Counted from the first letter of the stretch, positions 17,857 through 27,190 are shown. The stretch: DNA of 64,000 nucleotides from an uncultured Clostridia bacterium (GCA_944381215.1 CALWKF010000006.1:6473-70472), one strand, 5' to 3'. Notes: generated from the letters alone by a model not told the origin. A program made the numbers and translations.

Positions 17857-19539
17857 TTATTTTTTCTTTTTGAGTGATTTAACTATGCTGGGTGCGATAA
17901 TTAGGAGAACTACGCCCGAAATCACGATAATTCCAACTACGATGTACCACCATTTGATTTCTATGGGCTCGGTAGTTGTCGGGGCTACCACACTCGCCTC
18001 CCCTGTATATGCAATGATGTAGTCGAGAGTTGTAGGTGTTTGGTCGACATCGAGTAAAATTTCACTCTCAATGTTAGTGGATGTAATAATATTAGTATTT
18101 TCCGTAGTTGTAGTTTCGGTATTTTCGTTTGTATTTGTTCCGCTAGTGTCTGTGTCAGCACTGTCATCAGTTGTTCCACTGGTGTCTATTTCTGTATTAT
18201 CGGTGCTGGTATCGGTTGAGATTGTGCCAGTGTAACCAAAGCCGATTACAATGTCGCCACTTTGAGCGGTGATAAAAATGTGACTAGAATCAACGCCGTT
18301 ATTGTATAGCGTGTCAATTGTTTCTTGGTTTGGGTGCCCGTATTTGTTGTCAATACCGCACGAAATGATCGCATACTCTGGCTTCAAGGCCTTTACGAAC
18401 GCATCCTGCGAACTGGTTCTACTGCCGTGGTGTCCCATATCCATGATGTCTACATCGGGAAGTGGCAAGTTGGTTTGATTTGCCAAAATCTCGTTTTCAG
18501 CCTCTTTTTCAGCATCGCCAGTAAAAGCAATTTTAGTGTCGTTATAATCGAGCACGATTACGCTGGAATAGTTGTTCCAACTGCCGTAGACTTCGCTGGG
18601 GTTAACGGGTGCGTAGAATGTGAAAGTGTAGTCGGTCCCGCTAATTGTGGCCCCCGCGATTGAGTAGTGAATTTCCGCTGGAGTGTTGTCCTCCCCATAG
18701 GTTTCGGTATAAATTCGGCTGATAAACTTGTACATAATGTCGGTACTCTTGGCATTTGTTGTGTTTTTCGTAGGGTCGCCAATCTCGATGCCGTAACCAT
18801 ACTCGCTATTTAATTCAGCAACTGCCTCGCGTTCCTTTGCCTCAACGGCGGCCTGCTCCTCAGCGGTTGCGATAGTGCCGTCTGGGTCTAGCCTTTGGTT
18901 AGAGTCTTTGCCGTCAGACACAAAAAATGTGTAGGGTCTGTAAATATTTGCCACTTCGTAAGTGTCGAGAATGTCAGGCAAGTAAAATAAGTGGTCAGAA
19001 TCGGGGTGAGTCAAAATCATGTAGTCAATAATCTCGCCATCATCTAGTAGATATGTGTCGATGTAACTGATTACTTTTTGACTTGTCTCCGAATTGTATG
19101 TTTCGCTACCGCTGTCGATGATTACGTTTTTACCGTCGGGCAAATCGATTAAAATGCAGTCCCCCTGCCCTACAAAGACATAGTGAATTTTCAAGTCACT
19201 ATTTGTGACAACATCCGCAAAAGACCCAACTGCGCCCCTGTCATCGCCTGCGGTGGTGGTGCTTCTATCGCCGTAAATCCAATTATTTACGACAGGCTCA
19301 ATCGTGCTGGTAAATAGTAGCGACACGAGAGCAGCAATGGTGATAATCGCCCAAATTGCAAACAGCCACTTATTGCTCTTTGCGTTTTTCGCGGCGGTTT
19401 TTGCCTGATTTATTTCGCTTTTTGTGAGTTTTTTACTGCTCTTCCCTGTCAATTTGTCGACAGTGTCAGAGGCTTTGTCGAGTTTACTCTGCGCTTGTTT
19501 CGCTTTCTTTCTCGCTTCGTTGTACTTGTCCCAAGACAT
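17857..19539 (-). CDS. membrane-anchored MBL-fold hydrolase, ComEC/Rec2 C-terminal-domain type
   Basis: Metallo-beta-lactamase motifs (VGQGDCILI, ILTHPDSDH, MGHHGS) and a GGGGGG RBS. It has an N-terminal Lys-rich tail plus a TM helix, a Thr/Asp/Asn-rich low-complexity stalk and a C-terminal TM helix (WWYIVVGIIVISGVVLLII) followed by KKKK. Confidence 0.7.
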   Translation of the reverse strand: MSWDKYNEARKKAKQAQSKLDKASDTVDKLTGKSSKKLTKSEINQAKTAAKNAKSNKWLFAIWAIITIAALVSLLFTSTIEPVVNNWIYGDRSTTTAGDDRGAVGSFADVVTNSDLKIHYVFVGQGDCILIDLPDGKNVIIDSGSETYNSETSQKVISYIDTYLLDDGEIIDYMILTHPDSDHLFYLPDILDTYEVANIYRPYTFFVSDGKDSNQRLDPDGTIATAEEQAAVEAKEREAVAELNSEYGYGIEIGDPTKNTTNAKSTDIMYKFISRIYTETYGEDNTPAEIHYSIAGATISGTDYTFTFYAPVNPSEVYGSWNNYSSVIVLDYNDTKIAFTGDAEKEAENEILANQTNLPLPDVDIMDMGHHGSRTSSQDAFVKALKPEYAIISCGIDNKYGHPNQETIDTLYNNGVDSSHIFITAQSGDIVIGFGYTGTISTDTSTDNTEIDTSGTTDDSADTDTSGTNTNENTETTTTENTNIITSTNIESEILLDVDQTPTTLDYIIAYTGEASVVAPTTTEPIEIKWWYIVVGIIVISGVVLLIIAPSIVKSLKKKK

Positions 19540-20485
19540 TACTATCCCCCCTCTTTTTCTCTTTTGCTATTTGCTTTGCGCGCTTTTGCATCGCTTTAAG
19601 TCTATGAACAGTTTCCTTGATATTCTCGTCGGGCACGCGCATACCTAGCACTTTTAGAATATTCGGCATTTCCTGCTTTGTTACCTCGTAGCCGATTTTT
19701 ATCATTTCCTCTACGTTGTCGAGTTTGCGCTGGTCGTACTGCGAAAGGTCGATTTTTAGCACATAGTCCGAGTGCACATAGCCCTTTACCGAATTGGACT
19801 TCATCAAAATTCGCAGGGCGGCCTTCATAAGTTCTAGATACTTTGTACTAGTCGTGCCGTAACCACGGGTTGGGTTTATGTCGACCGCCAGCACAATATC
19901 TGCCCCCATATCGCGCACGACGTCGGCAGGAATATTATTTTGAATTCCCCCGTCAAACAGCCGATACTCGCCGAAGTCAACTGGGTTAAATACTCCTGGC
20001 ACGGCGCACGAACCCGAAATTGCTTTCGCAAGGTCGCCACTATTTATGTGCACCTCGGTGCCAGTAATTATATCGACTGCGACCGCGGTAAACGGAAGTT
20101 TTAGGTCCTGAAAGGTGCGCCCACCCAAAATCTCGCGTACGACGCCCTCGAGTTTCTCCGTCTTATTTGGCACGAAATTGATTTTACTGGTCAAAATGTC
20201 CTTGGGTTTTAGAGTGCGTGCGCGCTCGAGCATTTCCTCGTTACTAAGGTCCGCACAGTACACCGCGCCCATGAGCGAGCCTACTGAAGTGCCCGCGACA
20301 TAGTCAAATTTCAGTCCCGCCTCACGAAAAGCCTGAATGACGCCGATGTACGCAACTCCACGAGTCCCGCCCCCGCTGAACGCAAGTCCAAGTTTAAGCG
20401 GGTGCAGTGGCTGAGTAGGTGCCTCCTCAATTTTTTTAGAAATCGGACGTCTAAAAACCTTTTTTAACCAATTTCCAAAACTCAT
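19484..20485 (-). CDS. patatin-like phospholipase
   Basis: Oxyanion GGGTRG, nucleophile elbow GTSVGS and a catalytic DGG. It has an AAGGGGG RBS. The 3' end overlaps the next gene by 56 nt. Confidence 0.85.
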   Translation of the reverse strand: MSFGNWLKKVFRRPISKKIEEAPTQPLHPLKLGLAFSGGGTRGVAYIGVIQAFREAGLKFDYVAGTSVGSLMGAVYCADLSNEEMLERARTLKPKDILTSKINFVPNKTEKLEGVVREILGGRTFQDLKLPFTAVAVDIITGTEVHINSGDLAKAISGSCAVPGVFNPVDFGEYRLFDGGIQNNIPADVVRDMGADIVLAVDINPTRGYGTTSTKYLELMKAALRILMKSNSVKGYVHSDYVLKIDLSQYDQRKLDNVEEMIKIGYEVTKQEMPNILKVLGMRVPDENIKETVHRLKAMQKRAKQIAKEKKRGDSNVLGQVQRSEKESETSAE

Positions 20486-20663
20486 AGTAAGCCCCCTTTG
20501 AGATTCTAGTGTAATTTTAGCAGATTTTCAAAAAAAGTGCAAATAATGTTAAACAAAAAAATAAAAAAGCCTCTGCCTTTTCGTGTTTCATTCAAAAAGT
20601 TAGTTAATTTTACCTTTTTGTGTTTCAACCCGCAAAAATCGAGAATACATTAAATTTAAGCAT

Positions 20664-20700
20664 AAAAAAACACCTAAGGCTATAATCGTCTAGGTGTTTT
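20664..20700 (-). terminator. rho-independent terminator of the 20719..21948 gene
   Basis: ACACCTA-14 nt-TAGGTGT, flanked by an A-run and a T-run. On the minus strand the hairpin is followed by TTTTTTT. Confidence 0.7.
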
Positions 20701-20718
20701 TATTATTAAATTGCATTA

Positions 20719-21948
20719 TTATTCTGCGGTCTCGTCAGTGTTGTTTGCTTTTAGCTTTGCGATTGCGTCTTCTACTTCTGCGATGTCGTCCTTAATCTGT
20801 TGATTTTGCTCAACAAGGATTTGGTTGGTCTTCTCTAAGATCGGGAAGCGATCCTTGTTCTGCTCCATAACCTCTTCGCAGTGTTGTACAGACAGTCTAA
20901 GGCCGTCGAGTAGGTCGAGGTCTTCGCTCAACTTCTTTGCCTTTTCCTCGTCGATGTCGACATAGTTGTTTACACCGTAAAGCAATACTTTCTTGCGGGC
21001 AACGATTGCTTCTTTACGGCGCAACTTCTCCTGGTCGCGCTCGAGGTTGCGCTTTACGCGTGCAAGAGGCTTGTACTCCTTGCGGTTACCGCGAAGGTCG
21101 CGCTCGTTAACTTTGAGGCGGGCCTGCAATTTCTTCAATCTTGCCTCGAGTTGCTCTAATGGGAAGTACTCATATACGCCAACAACTGGCTTTGGCTCAA
21201 CAACAGGCTCGATTGGTGCAACTGCAACCTCTTCGTCCTCTTCTGCGGGCTCCTCAACAACGGCTGTAGTCTCAGTAGACTCAGCACTCTCCTCTTTAGT
21301 TGTTACAGTCTCCTCGGTAGTTTCGGTTGTAGTTTCAGCCTCTGGTGCAATCTCTACCTCGGTCATTTCAGGCTCGATTTCCTCGACAGGCTCAATTACC
21401 TCGGGCTCGTTTGCCTCAGCCTCGTACTTGGTAACAGACTCAGCGTTGATTTCGTTAATCATGTCGTCAAAGTTAAAGTCGTCCTCAGTGGGCTCTTCCT
21501 TAACTGGCTCTGGAGTTACCTCGGTAGGCTCCTCAAACAATGAGTCGAAGTCATCAAAGTCGTCAAATTCTTTCTTTCTGCGCTCGATAGACTCTTGACG
21601 TTCCTCAGCAAAGGACTTCTTTTCCTCTGCGGGCTGGTACTCGTCAGGCATGCCTGTCTTACCAGAAAGTAGGGCTTGCTGTTCGCGTGCGGCAGCCTCT
21701 TCATCCCAAGTTTTAGTGGGCTCAGTGTGTGCAGTGTCCTCCTCTAAAACTTGCGGACGACCGCTGACCTCGGCGTTCGCGTCCTTACTCTCCTTGTCCT
21801 TTCCACTACGGTCTCTAAAAAGAATTGACCCCTTTTTGTTAGTGATTGATAGAATCAAGTCAACTAATAAAGTGATAATAACGGCAATAGCACCGATTAA
21901 TGCTACAATCGTCAAAACATTCAAAATTGCTTCTCCAACTGGTTCCAT
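20719..21948 (-). CDS. membrane-anchored acidic low-complexity / coiled-coil protein, function unknown
   Basis: 409-aa ORF with one N-terminal TM helix (ILNVLTIVALIGAIAVIITLLVDLIL). About 200 aa are Glu/Thr/Pro-rich, and the C-terminal ~150 aa have heptad-like Lys/Glu/Leu-rich character. Confidence 0.55.
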   Translation of the reverse strand: MEPVGEAILNVLTIVALIGAIAVIITLLVDLILSITNKKGSILFRDRSGKDKESKDANAEVSGRPQVLEEDTAHTEPTKTWDEEAAAREQQALLSGKTGMPDEYQPAEEKKSFAEERQESIERRKKEFDDFDDFDSLFEEPTEVTPEPVKEEPTEDDFNFDDMINEINAESVTKYEAEANEPEVIEPVEEIEPEMTEVEIAPEAETTTETTEETVTTKEESAESTETTAVVEEPAEEDEEVAVAPIEPVVEPKPVVGVYEYFPLEQLEARLKKLQARLKVNERDLRGNRKEYKPLARVKRNLERDQEKLRRKEAIVARKKVLLYGVNNYVDIDEEKAKKLSEDLDLLDGLRLSVQHCEEVMEQNKDRFPILEKTNQILVEQNQQIKDDIAEVEDAIAKLKANNTDETAE

Positions 21949-21984
21949 TTTTCATTTGCTCCTATTTAAATTTTTTTTGCACAC

Positions 21985-22379
21985 TGGTGGAAGCGATGGG
22001 AATCGAACCCATGTCCAAGCGGTGCCACATCCATTCTCTACATCCTTAGGCAATTGTGTTATTTAATTAAGCCACGACAAGTGCCAAGCGCGGTCTTAAC
22101 GAGTTTGTGATTTAAGCTAACTAACCCTACAAACACGAATTAATTAGTAGCAGGTCTTGGGTTGAAGCCCGAAACCCCGACACCCTGCCTTAGTCGAGAT
22201 TACAGACTATCTAGAATTCTTCTAGATGGATTAGGCGTAAGCGAAGCCGTAGTTTACGGCAGGCATAGCCTTAACTGATTTAGATTCAGCATTTAAATTT
22301 AGTTTCCGTATTTAACGTCGACGAGCCGACGGAATGCAAAATGGAATAGTCAATCACCTGTCAAAACCGGTGCGCCCCC
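21985..22379 (-). ncRNA. ssrA: tmRNA (SsrA)
   Basis: Minus-strand 5' end GGGGGCGCACCGGTTTTGACAGG and 3' end GGGTTCGATTCCCATCGCTTCCACCA (T-arm, acceptor with G3:U, CCA). There is an internal tag reading frame ending ...GCT TAC GCC TAA. It lies immediately downstream of smpB. Confidence 0.85.
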
Positions 22380-22391
22380 ATAAAAGGCGGG

Positions 22392-22838
22392 CTATTTCAG
22401 CCCTTTCATTTCACGGCGAATATCGCGCTCCACATCGCGACGCTTGATAGTCTCGCGCTTGTCATAGAGTTTCTTGCCTCGGCAGATAGCGATTTCGACC
22501 TTGACAAACGACCGATCGAGAAAAACCTTTGTCGGCACGACTGTAAGTCCCTTTTGGTGTAATGCTGTGCCTATTTCCAAAATTTCGGACTTGTGTAGCA
22601 GTAGTTTCCTCGCACGACGTTCGTCAGGAACAAAGTTGTTGGCCTGTTCGTAATTTTTTATATACATATTAATCACAAACGCCTCTCCGCCCTTAACAGA
22701 CACGAAAGAATCAGCGATACTCACGTGGCCTGTTCGAACAGATTTCACCTCGCAACCCTGTAAACTTATGCCCGCAGTAAAGGTAGATAGCACAAAATAC
22801 TCAAAATGCACGCGTTTATTGGTAGCAATTACCTTCAT
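22392..22838 (-). CDS. smpB: SsrA-binding protein SmpB
   Basis: 148-aa ORF with typical SmpB blocks (NKRVHFEYFV, GISLQGCEVKS, KLLLHKSEI, GKKLYDKRE). Confidence 0.93.
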   Translation of the reverse strand: MKVIATNKRVHFEYFVLSTFTAGISLQGCEVKSVRTGHVSIADSFVSVKGGEAFVINMYIKNYEQANNFVPDERRARKLLLHKSEILEIGTALHQKGLTVVPTKVFLDRSFVKVEIAICRGKKLYDKRETIKRRDVERDIRREMKGLK

Positions 22839-22940
22839 TCCTTACGCTCCTATTATATCACAAAATAAAATTTTTTCAATACTTTTTTCAAAAAAAGGCT
22901 GAAAAGTTGTCTAAAATCACAAAAATCAGCCTAAAAATCG

Positions 22941-25061
22941 TTATTTTTCCAACATTTTTAAATTAATTTGCCTACGGCGCAGATTTACGCTCTCGACCTG
23001 CACTCTTACTTTTTGCCCCAGTTGATAGTCGTGCTTGGAGCCAGCGAGTTTATATAACTTTTCTAAAAACACGTAGTTATCCGTCGGCAAGTTCTCAATC
23101 GAGCACATACCCTCGACCGTATTTGGAAATTCAACAAACACGCCAAAGTTCGTAACTCCCGTTACAGTGCCGTCGTAAATCTCGCCCACATGGTTCTGCA
23201 TGTAGTCGGCTTTCTTTAAATCTTCGACCTCGCGCTCAGCAACTTCAGCGAGTTTTTCGCGCTCGCTAGTCAGTACTGCTGCCTCCTCCACAAACTCACG
23301 GTAGAACTCGATGTCCTTCTTGTCCTTGTTGCGTAAATACATCTTCTTAATTATTCTATGAATGAGTAGGTCTGGATATCTCCTAATTGGCGAAGTAAAG
23401 TGGCAGTAATTTATGGCTGCAATACCGAAGTGCCCGAGGTTTTTAGGCGCGTACCTAGCCTTTTGCAAACTCCGTAGCATTACGGAATTAATGAGCATTT
23501 CATATGGTTGGCCCTTAACGGTAGCAAGAAGCCTTTGTAAGTCCTTTGGCGTAACTTTGTCGGGGTTGTTAGCCACTTTCAGACCAAACTGCCCAGCAAA
23601 CTGGAAGAAGTCGAACATTTTTTGCCCGTCTGGCTGTTCGTGCACGCGGTATAAAAAGGGAATTTTCTCGGCATTGCATGCGAGAGCCACCGTTTCGTTT
23701 GCCTCGAGCATAAAGGACTCAATCATGCGGTGAGCCTCGTTGCGCTCGTGGAGTTTAACGTCCAAAACGTGCCCAGTTGAGTCCATAACAAACTCGCACT
23801 CTGGCAAATCAAAGTCGAGTGCGCCACGTTTCTGCCTTTTTTTCTCCAAAATGCGGTGGAGTTTCTGCATGGCCTTGAAGTCACTAACCAAGTCTTGATA
23901 CTTTGCGCAAGTCGCGGGGTCATCGTTAAAAATGGCAAAAACATCGGTATATGTCATCTTTTCGCGCGAACGGATGACGCCCTCGCAGATTTCGTAGTCG
24001 TAGGTGTTCCCTTCGGTGTCGATCTGCATGATTACGGAGAGAGTAAGCCTGTTTACCTTTGGGTTAAGGGAGCAAATGCCGTTACTGAGTTCTTTCGGCA
24101 ACATTGGGTACACGAGATCGGGAAAGTACACACTCGTACCGCGCTTGTACGCCTCTTTGTCTAGCGGGCTGTTTTGCTTTACATAGTGGCTGACGTCGGC
24201 GATGTGAACGGACAGCGTAAAGTGGCCGTCGGGGTGCTCGACAATTCCCACCGCGTCGTCGATGTCGCGGGTGTCTTCGCTGTCGATTGTGACGATTTTG
24301 TCCTTGGTAAAGTCGCGTCTGCCACGCATTGCCTCTGGTAGCACTGACTGAGGCAAGGTCCTAGCCTCGGCGAGCACTTCGGGCTCGAACTCCTCGTATA
24401 AATTGTTCTCACGAATAATCGCCAGCATTTCAATTTTCGGGTCGCCGTTGAGCCCCAAAACTTCGAGGAGGTCGCCTTGCGGGTTCTTGTCGCCACTCGC
24501 GTATTTTGTGATACGGCATACGACCTTGTCGCCCTCGCTGACTTTAAACTTCTTGTGGTTACGGACCAAAATGTCCTTAAAGTAGCGCGTGTCGTCGGGT
24601 TTGACAAAGGCCAAGTGGTCGTTTACGATATCGAGAGTACCCACGATATTTCCGCTACTACGCGCCACGACTTTAACCACTGCGCCCTCGGTCCTATCGC
24701 CATTCTTGCGCACTTTTACTAATACTGTGTCGTTGTGCAGAGCGGTTTTTAGTGCTGTCGGCGGGATAAATACATCGGGGCTCTCGCTTTCGACGTCGTC
24801 GGTAAACTTACAGAATGCGAACCCGCGCGCGTTGCCGATTAGTATGCCCTTTCTAAGGCCTAGTGCCTGCGGAGTGGCGAGCTTGTCCTTGCCTTCGATT
24901 ATTAGGTCGCCCTCCTCCACCATTTTGCCGATTTCTGCATAAGCGGTGGTAAAGTCGAGACTTAAACCATCCGAAATGGCGCGAGCAAGGTCGGTACGCG
25001 TCCTAAAATTGAGTTGATGTTCAGTAATAAATTTGATAATTTCCTGGGATAAATCTTCCAT
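22941..25061 (-). CDS. rnr: ribonuclease R
   Basis: RNB catalytic region (IDSEDTRDIDDAV), cold-shock-like N-terminal domains and a C-terminal S1 domain (GEIYDGTVTGVTNFGVFVEF). I moved the start to the ATG at 25061, which has an AAGGAAG RBS. The track start is a GTG. Confidence 0.92.
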   Translation of the reverse strand: MEDLSQEIIKFITEHQLNFRTRTDLARAISDGLSLDFTTAYAEIGKMVEEGDLIIEGKDKLATPQALGLRKGILIGNARGFAFCKFTDDVESESPDVFIPPTALKTALHNDTVLVKVRKNGDRTEGAVVKVVARSSGNIVGTLDIVNDHLAFVKPDDTRYFKDILVRNHKKFKVSEGDKVVCRITKYASGDKNPQGDLLEVLGLNGDPKIEMLAIIRENNLYEEFEPEVLAEARTLPQSVLPEAMRGRRDFTKDKIVTIDSEDTRDIDDAVGIVEHPDGHFTLSVHIADVSHYVKQNSPLDKEAYKRGTSVYFPDLVYPMLPKELSNGICSLNPKVNRLTLSVIMQIDTEGNTYDYEICEGVIRSREKMTYTDVFAIFNDDPATCAKYQDLVSDFKAMQKLHRILEKKRQKRGALDFDLPECEFVMDSTGHVLDVKLHERNEAHRMIESFMLEANETVALACNAEKIPFLYRVHEQPDGQKMFDFFQFAGQFGLKVANNPDKVTPKDLQRLLATVKGQPYEMLINSVMLRSLQKARYAPKNLGHFGIAAINYCHFTSPIRRYPDLLIHRIIKKMYLRNKDKKDIEFYREFVEEAAVLTSEREKLAEVAEREVEDLKKADYMQNHVGEIYDGTVTGVTNFGVFVEFPNTVEGMCSIENLPTDNYVFLEKLYKLAGSKHDYQLGQKVRVQVESVNLRRRQINLKMLEK

Positions 25062-25115
25062 ATATACTTCCTTTTTCACAAAAATAAAGAGAGGCGCACC
25101 GCCTCCCCAAAACTT

Positions 25116-25424
25116 TTACGCCACCACGAGCGTTATAACAAAGAATAAAACGGTTGCGATAGCGACTGAAATAGCGAGCCACATAGTAGCCTTTTTCATG
25201 CGCCCTTCGCGTGTCTCGCCCTTGTTGTGCGCGTAGTAGGTCTCGACATTACTACCCGTAATGCCGTTGATACCGCCCTGGCTGTTGCTGGGTTGGAGCA
25301 ACACGAGCACGGTAATCGCGATTGCCGCGAGCCCAATGTATGCAAGTAAAACGTATCTAATTATTGGGAAAGATACCGAAATCCATTCGGGCAGACCTGT
25401 TCCCAACAAACCTAGTATGTCCAT
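25116..25424 (-). CDS. secG: preprotein translocase subunit SecG
   Basis: Two TM helices flank the LLQPSNSQGGINGITG loop, as expected for SecG. The secG-rnr-smpB-ssrA order is conserved. I moved the start to the ATG at 25424, which has a GGAGGG RBS. Confidence 0.75.
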   Translation of the reverse strand: MDILGLLGTGLPEWISVSFPIIRYVLLAYIGLAAIAITVLVLLQPSNSQGGINGITGSNVETYYAHNKGETREGRMKKATMWLAISVAIATVLFFVITLVVA

Positions 25425-25538
25425 TGCTGTCCCTCCAATAAAAATTAAAGTAGAAATAAATATAACATAGTTTGCGCCAAATTTCAAGTTAATTTATACA
25501 TTTTTTTAAACTTCGCTCGATTTTGCCCTTAAAATAGC

Positions 25539-25735
25539 AAAGTGGATGAGATCCTTCGTCTTAGGGCTAACGCGGGTCGACACTCAGGATGCCTTCCCGC
25601 TTGCGGGAAGTCTGGCGCGTAAGTGATTATTATAATTAGAAAAGAATGTTCTCGCGCCAGCCCCATAGCCTCTTAAGTGGCAGGAATGAGATCCTTCGTC
25701 TAAAGGCTTCGAGGGTCGAGGCTCAGGATGACCAA
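25539..25735 (+). repeat. mosaic repeat locus B (DR - X module - DR)
   Basis: Same architecture and orientation as locus A. The X-module hairpin and the CTGGCGCG/CGCGCCAG clamp are identical, while the loop sequence has diverged. Confidence 0.9.
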
Positions 25736-25813
25736 TTTTATTAGTATTCTTGCGAAATACGACCACATACTATTTATTGTTAGTACGGCCTATTATTAGT
25801 ATGGTTTGCTTAA

Positions 25814-25838
25814 TTATCGGGGGTGCACCTACGCACCC
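25814..25838 (-). repeat. isolated inverted copy of the GTGCG-hairpin/CCGATAA repeat
   Basis: The reverse complement of TTATCGGGGGTGCACCTACGCACCC is GGGTGCGTAGGTGCACCCCCGATAA, which matches the copies at 26854..27130. Confidence 0.75.
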
Positions 25839-26067
25839 AACGAATACTAAAGCCGTGCAGAACCGCGCTGGATAGCAGATAGTATGGCAGATACAAAAAG
25901 CCATAGCATTTAATGCTGTGCAAAGTAAATAGAATACTAGATGCTATACGAATAAGGTATAGTATGGTAGATACAAGGAGCATGCCAAAAATCACGAGGG
26001 AGCATATATATTAATATGTAACCGAGTGATTTATTGGCTCGGGACGCAGTAGATATCGTACTATACA

Positions 26068-26835
26068 TTATTCGGCAGAATAATCGGCGATTAAGTCATT
26101 ATCATCATTCACGAATACGGTAATCGTGCCGTGGCCGTAGTCTTCGGTGCCAAGTTTATCGAGGGTGCCGATTGCCATGCGCATTTTGGCCTGTGTGTTT
26201 TGGGTGGGGTTGTCCAAAATTATGGTAACGCCGAAGTGGGTGGAAATCGTCAGTTTTGCGTTTGTGTAATCGATTGAGGCACACATTGCGCGCATGTCGG
26301 TAAGGTCGCGACCAAGCGCGATGTAGGCATTATAGAGTTCGACAAACGTCGTAGCGTAGTCATGCGGAATGGTGTCGCCACGCTCGAAACTCCCCGTTAA
26401 ATTGGGCAGATTCAGGAGCACGGGGTTTACATTTGTGGAGGAAAAGCTGGACACAGTGTCTAAAACTCGCAAATACTCGTCGGTTATGCAGTAGCCCGAA
26501 GAGGTAGCCACCGCGTAGACCTCCTGGCGTTCGATTGCGTGGATGTTCATGATATTCGGCCAGCAGATTTCGATGTCAATTACGCGGAGTCTTGGGTAAC
26601 GCTCCTCGATGTTTTTAATCGCTTCGTCGCGGTCGAGCAAGAACACGCTGTTCCCCTGCACCCCGCTCGACTCTAAGATGTTTTGGTTAGTTAATGTGGC
26701 CAAGGTGCCAGTAGGCTGGTTGTACCAAATTAGGCGCGCCGAACCAACGGCGAAAACGGTGCTTGATAATACAATAATCAAGGTCAGCACCGCTAGCACA
26801 ATTACCGCAATTGCAATCTTTGTGTTTTTCCTCAC
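26068..26835 (-). CDS. FtsQ/DivIB-type cell-division protein (POTRA domain)
   Basis: 255-aa ORF with a GTG start and an AAAGGAG RBS. It has an N-terminal TM helix and a POTRA-like segment (IKNIEERYPRLRVIDIEICWPNIMNIHAIERQ). Confidence 0.6.
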   Translation of the reverse strand: MRKNTKIAIAVIVLAVLTLIIVLSSTVFAVGSARLIWYNQPTGTLATLTNQNILESSGVQGNSVFLLDRDEAIKNIEERYPRLRVIDIEICWPNIMNIHAIERQEVYAVATSSGYCITDEYLRVLDTVSSFSSTNVNPVLLNLPNLTGSFERGDTIPHDYATTFVELYNAYIALGRDLTDMRAMCASIDYTNAKLTISTHFGVTIILDNPTQNTQAKMRMAIGTLDKLGTEDYGHGTITVFVNDDNDLIADYSAE

Positions 26836-26853
26836 CTAATTTCACTCCTTTGT

Positions 26854-27190
26854 GGTGTGTAGGCACACTCCCGATAAAATAGTTTCGTAATGGTTTTACC
26901 TTTGCACTTTTACACTACATAACATAAATAATGCTTGTCCAGTGCGAAGTCGCACACACGGTAAGATAGTTTCGTAATGGTTTTACCTTTGCACTTTTAC
27001 ACCACTTAACATATACACTACTTGTCCAATGGTGCGTGGGCACACGGCCGGTAAATTTGGCACCACACATATTCGACTTTACACCTGCAATTACAGCCCG
27101 TGTGGGTGCGTAGGCGCACAGCCGATAAATGAGAATACATAAGTTCAACATCTACGGTCTAACCTACCGCGTGCGAGGCTACGCACCGCC
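26854..27190 (+). repeat. tandem array (period ~80-88 bp) of GTGCG-NNN-CGCAC hairpin + CCGATAA units
   Basis: There are five hairpin units, at 26854, 26941, 27031, 27104 and 27168. The first two units share a perfect 37-bp block, ATAGTTTCGTAATGGTTTTACCTTTGCACTTTTACAC, at 26879..26915 and 26966..27002. Confidence 0.9.

Noticed and set aside
19484-20485. Patatin-like lipase as a CBASS (CapV-type) effector
   Set aside because: There is no CD-NTase, cyclase, E1/E2/JAB or other CBASS component within the operon. The neighbours are membrane proteins, so a housekeeping YlbK-like lipase is more likely.
21949-22391. Prophage or genomic-island integration at the tmRNA 3' end
   Set aside because: There is no integrase, no duplicated copy of the ssrA 3' end anywhere in the window, and the downstream genes look chromosomal.
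26915-27151. ORFs 26915..27151 and 25810..25995 in the murA / FtsQ-like / secG spacers
   Set aside because: They are translations of the hairpin/CCGATAA tandem array and its neighbouring repeats, and they have no RBS.
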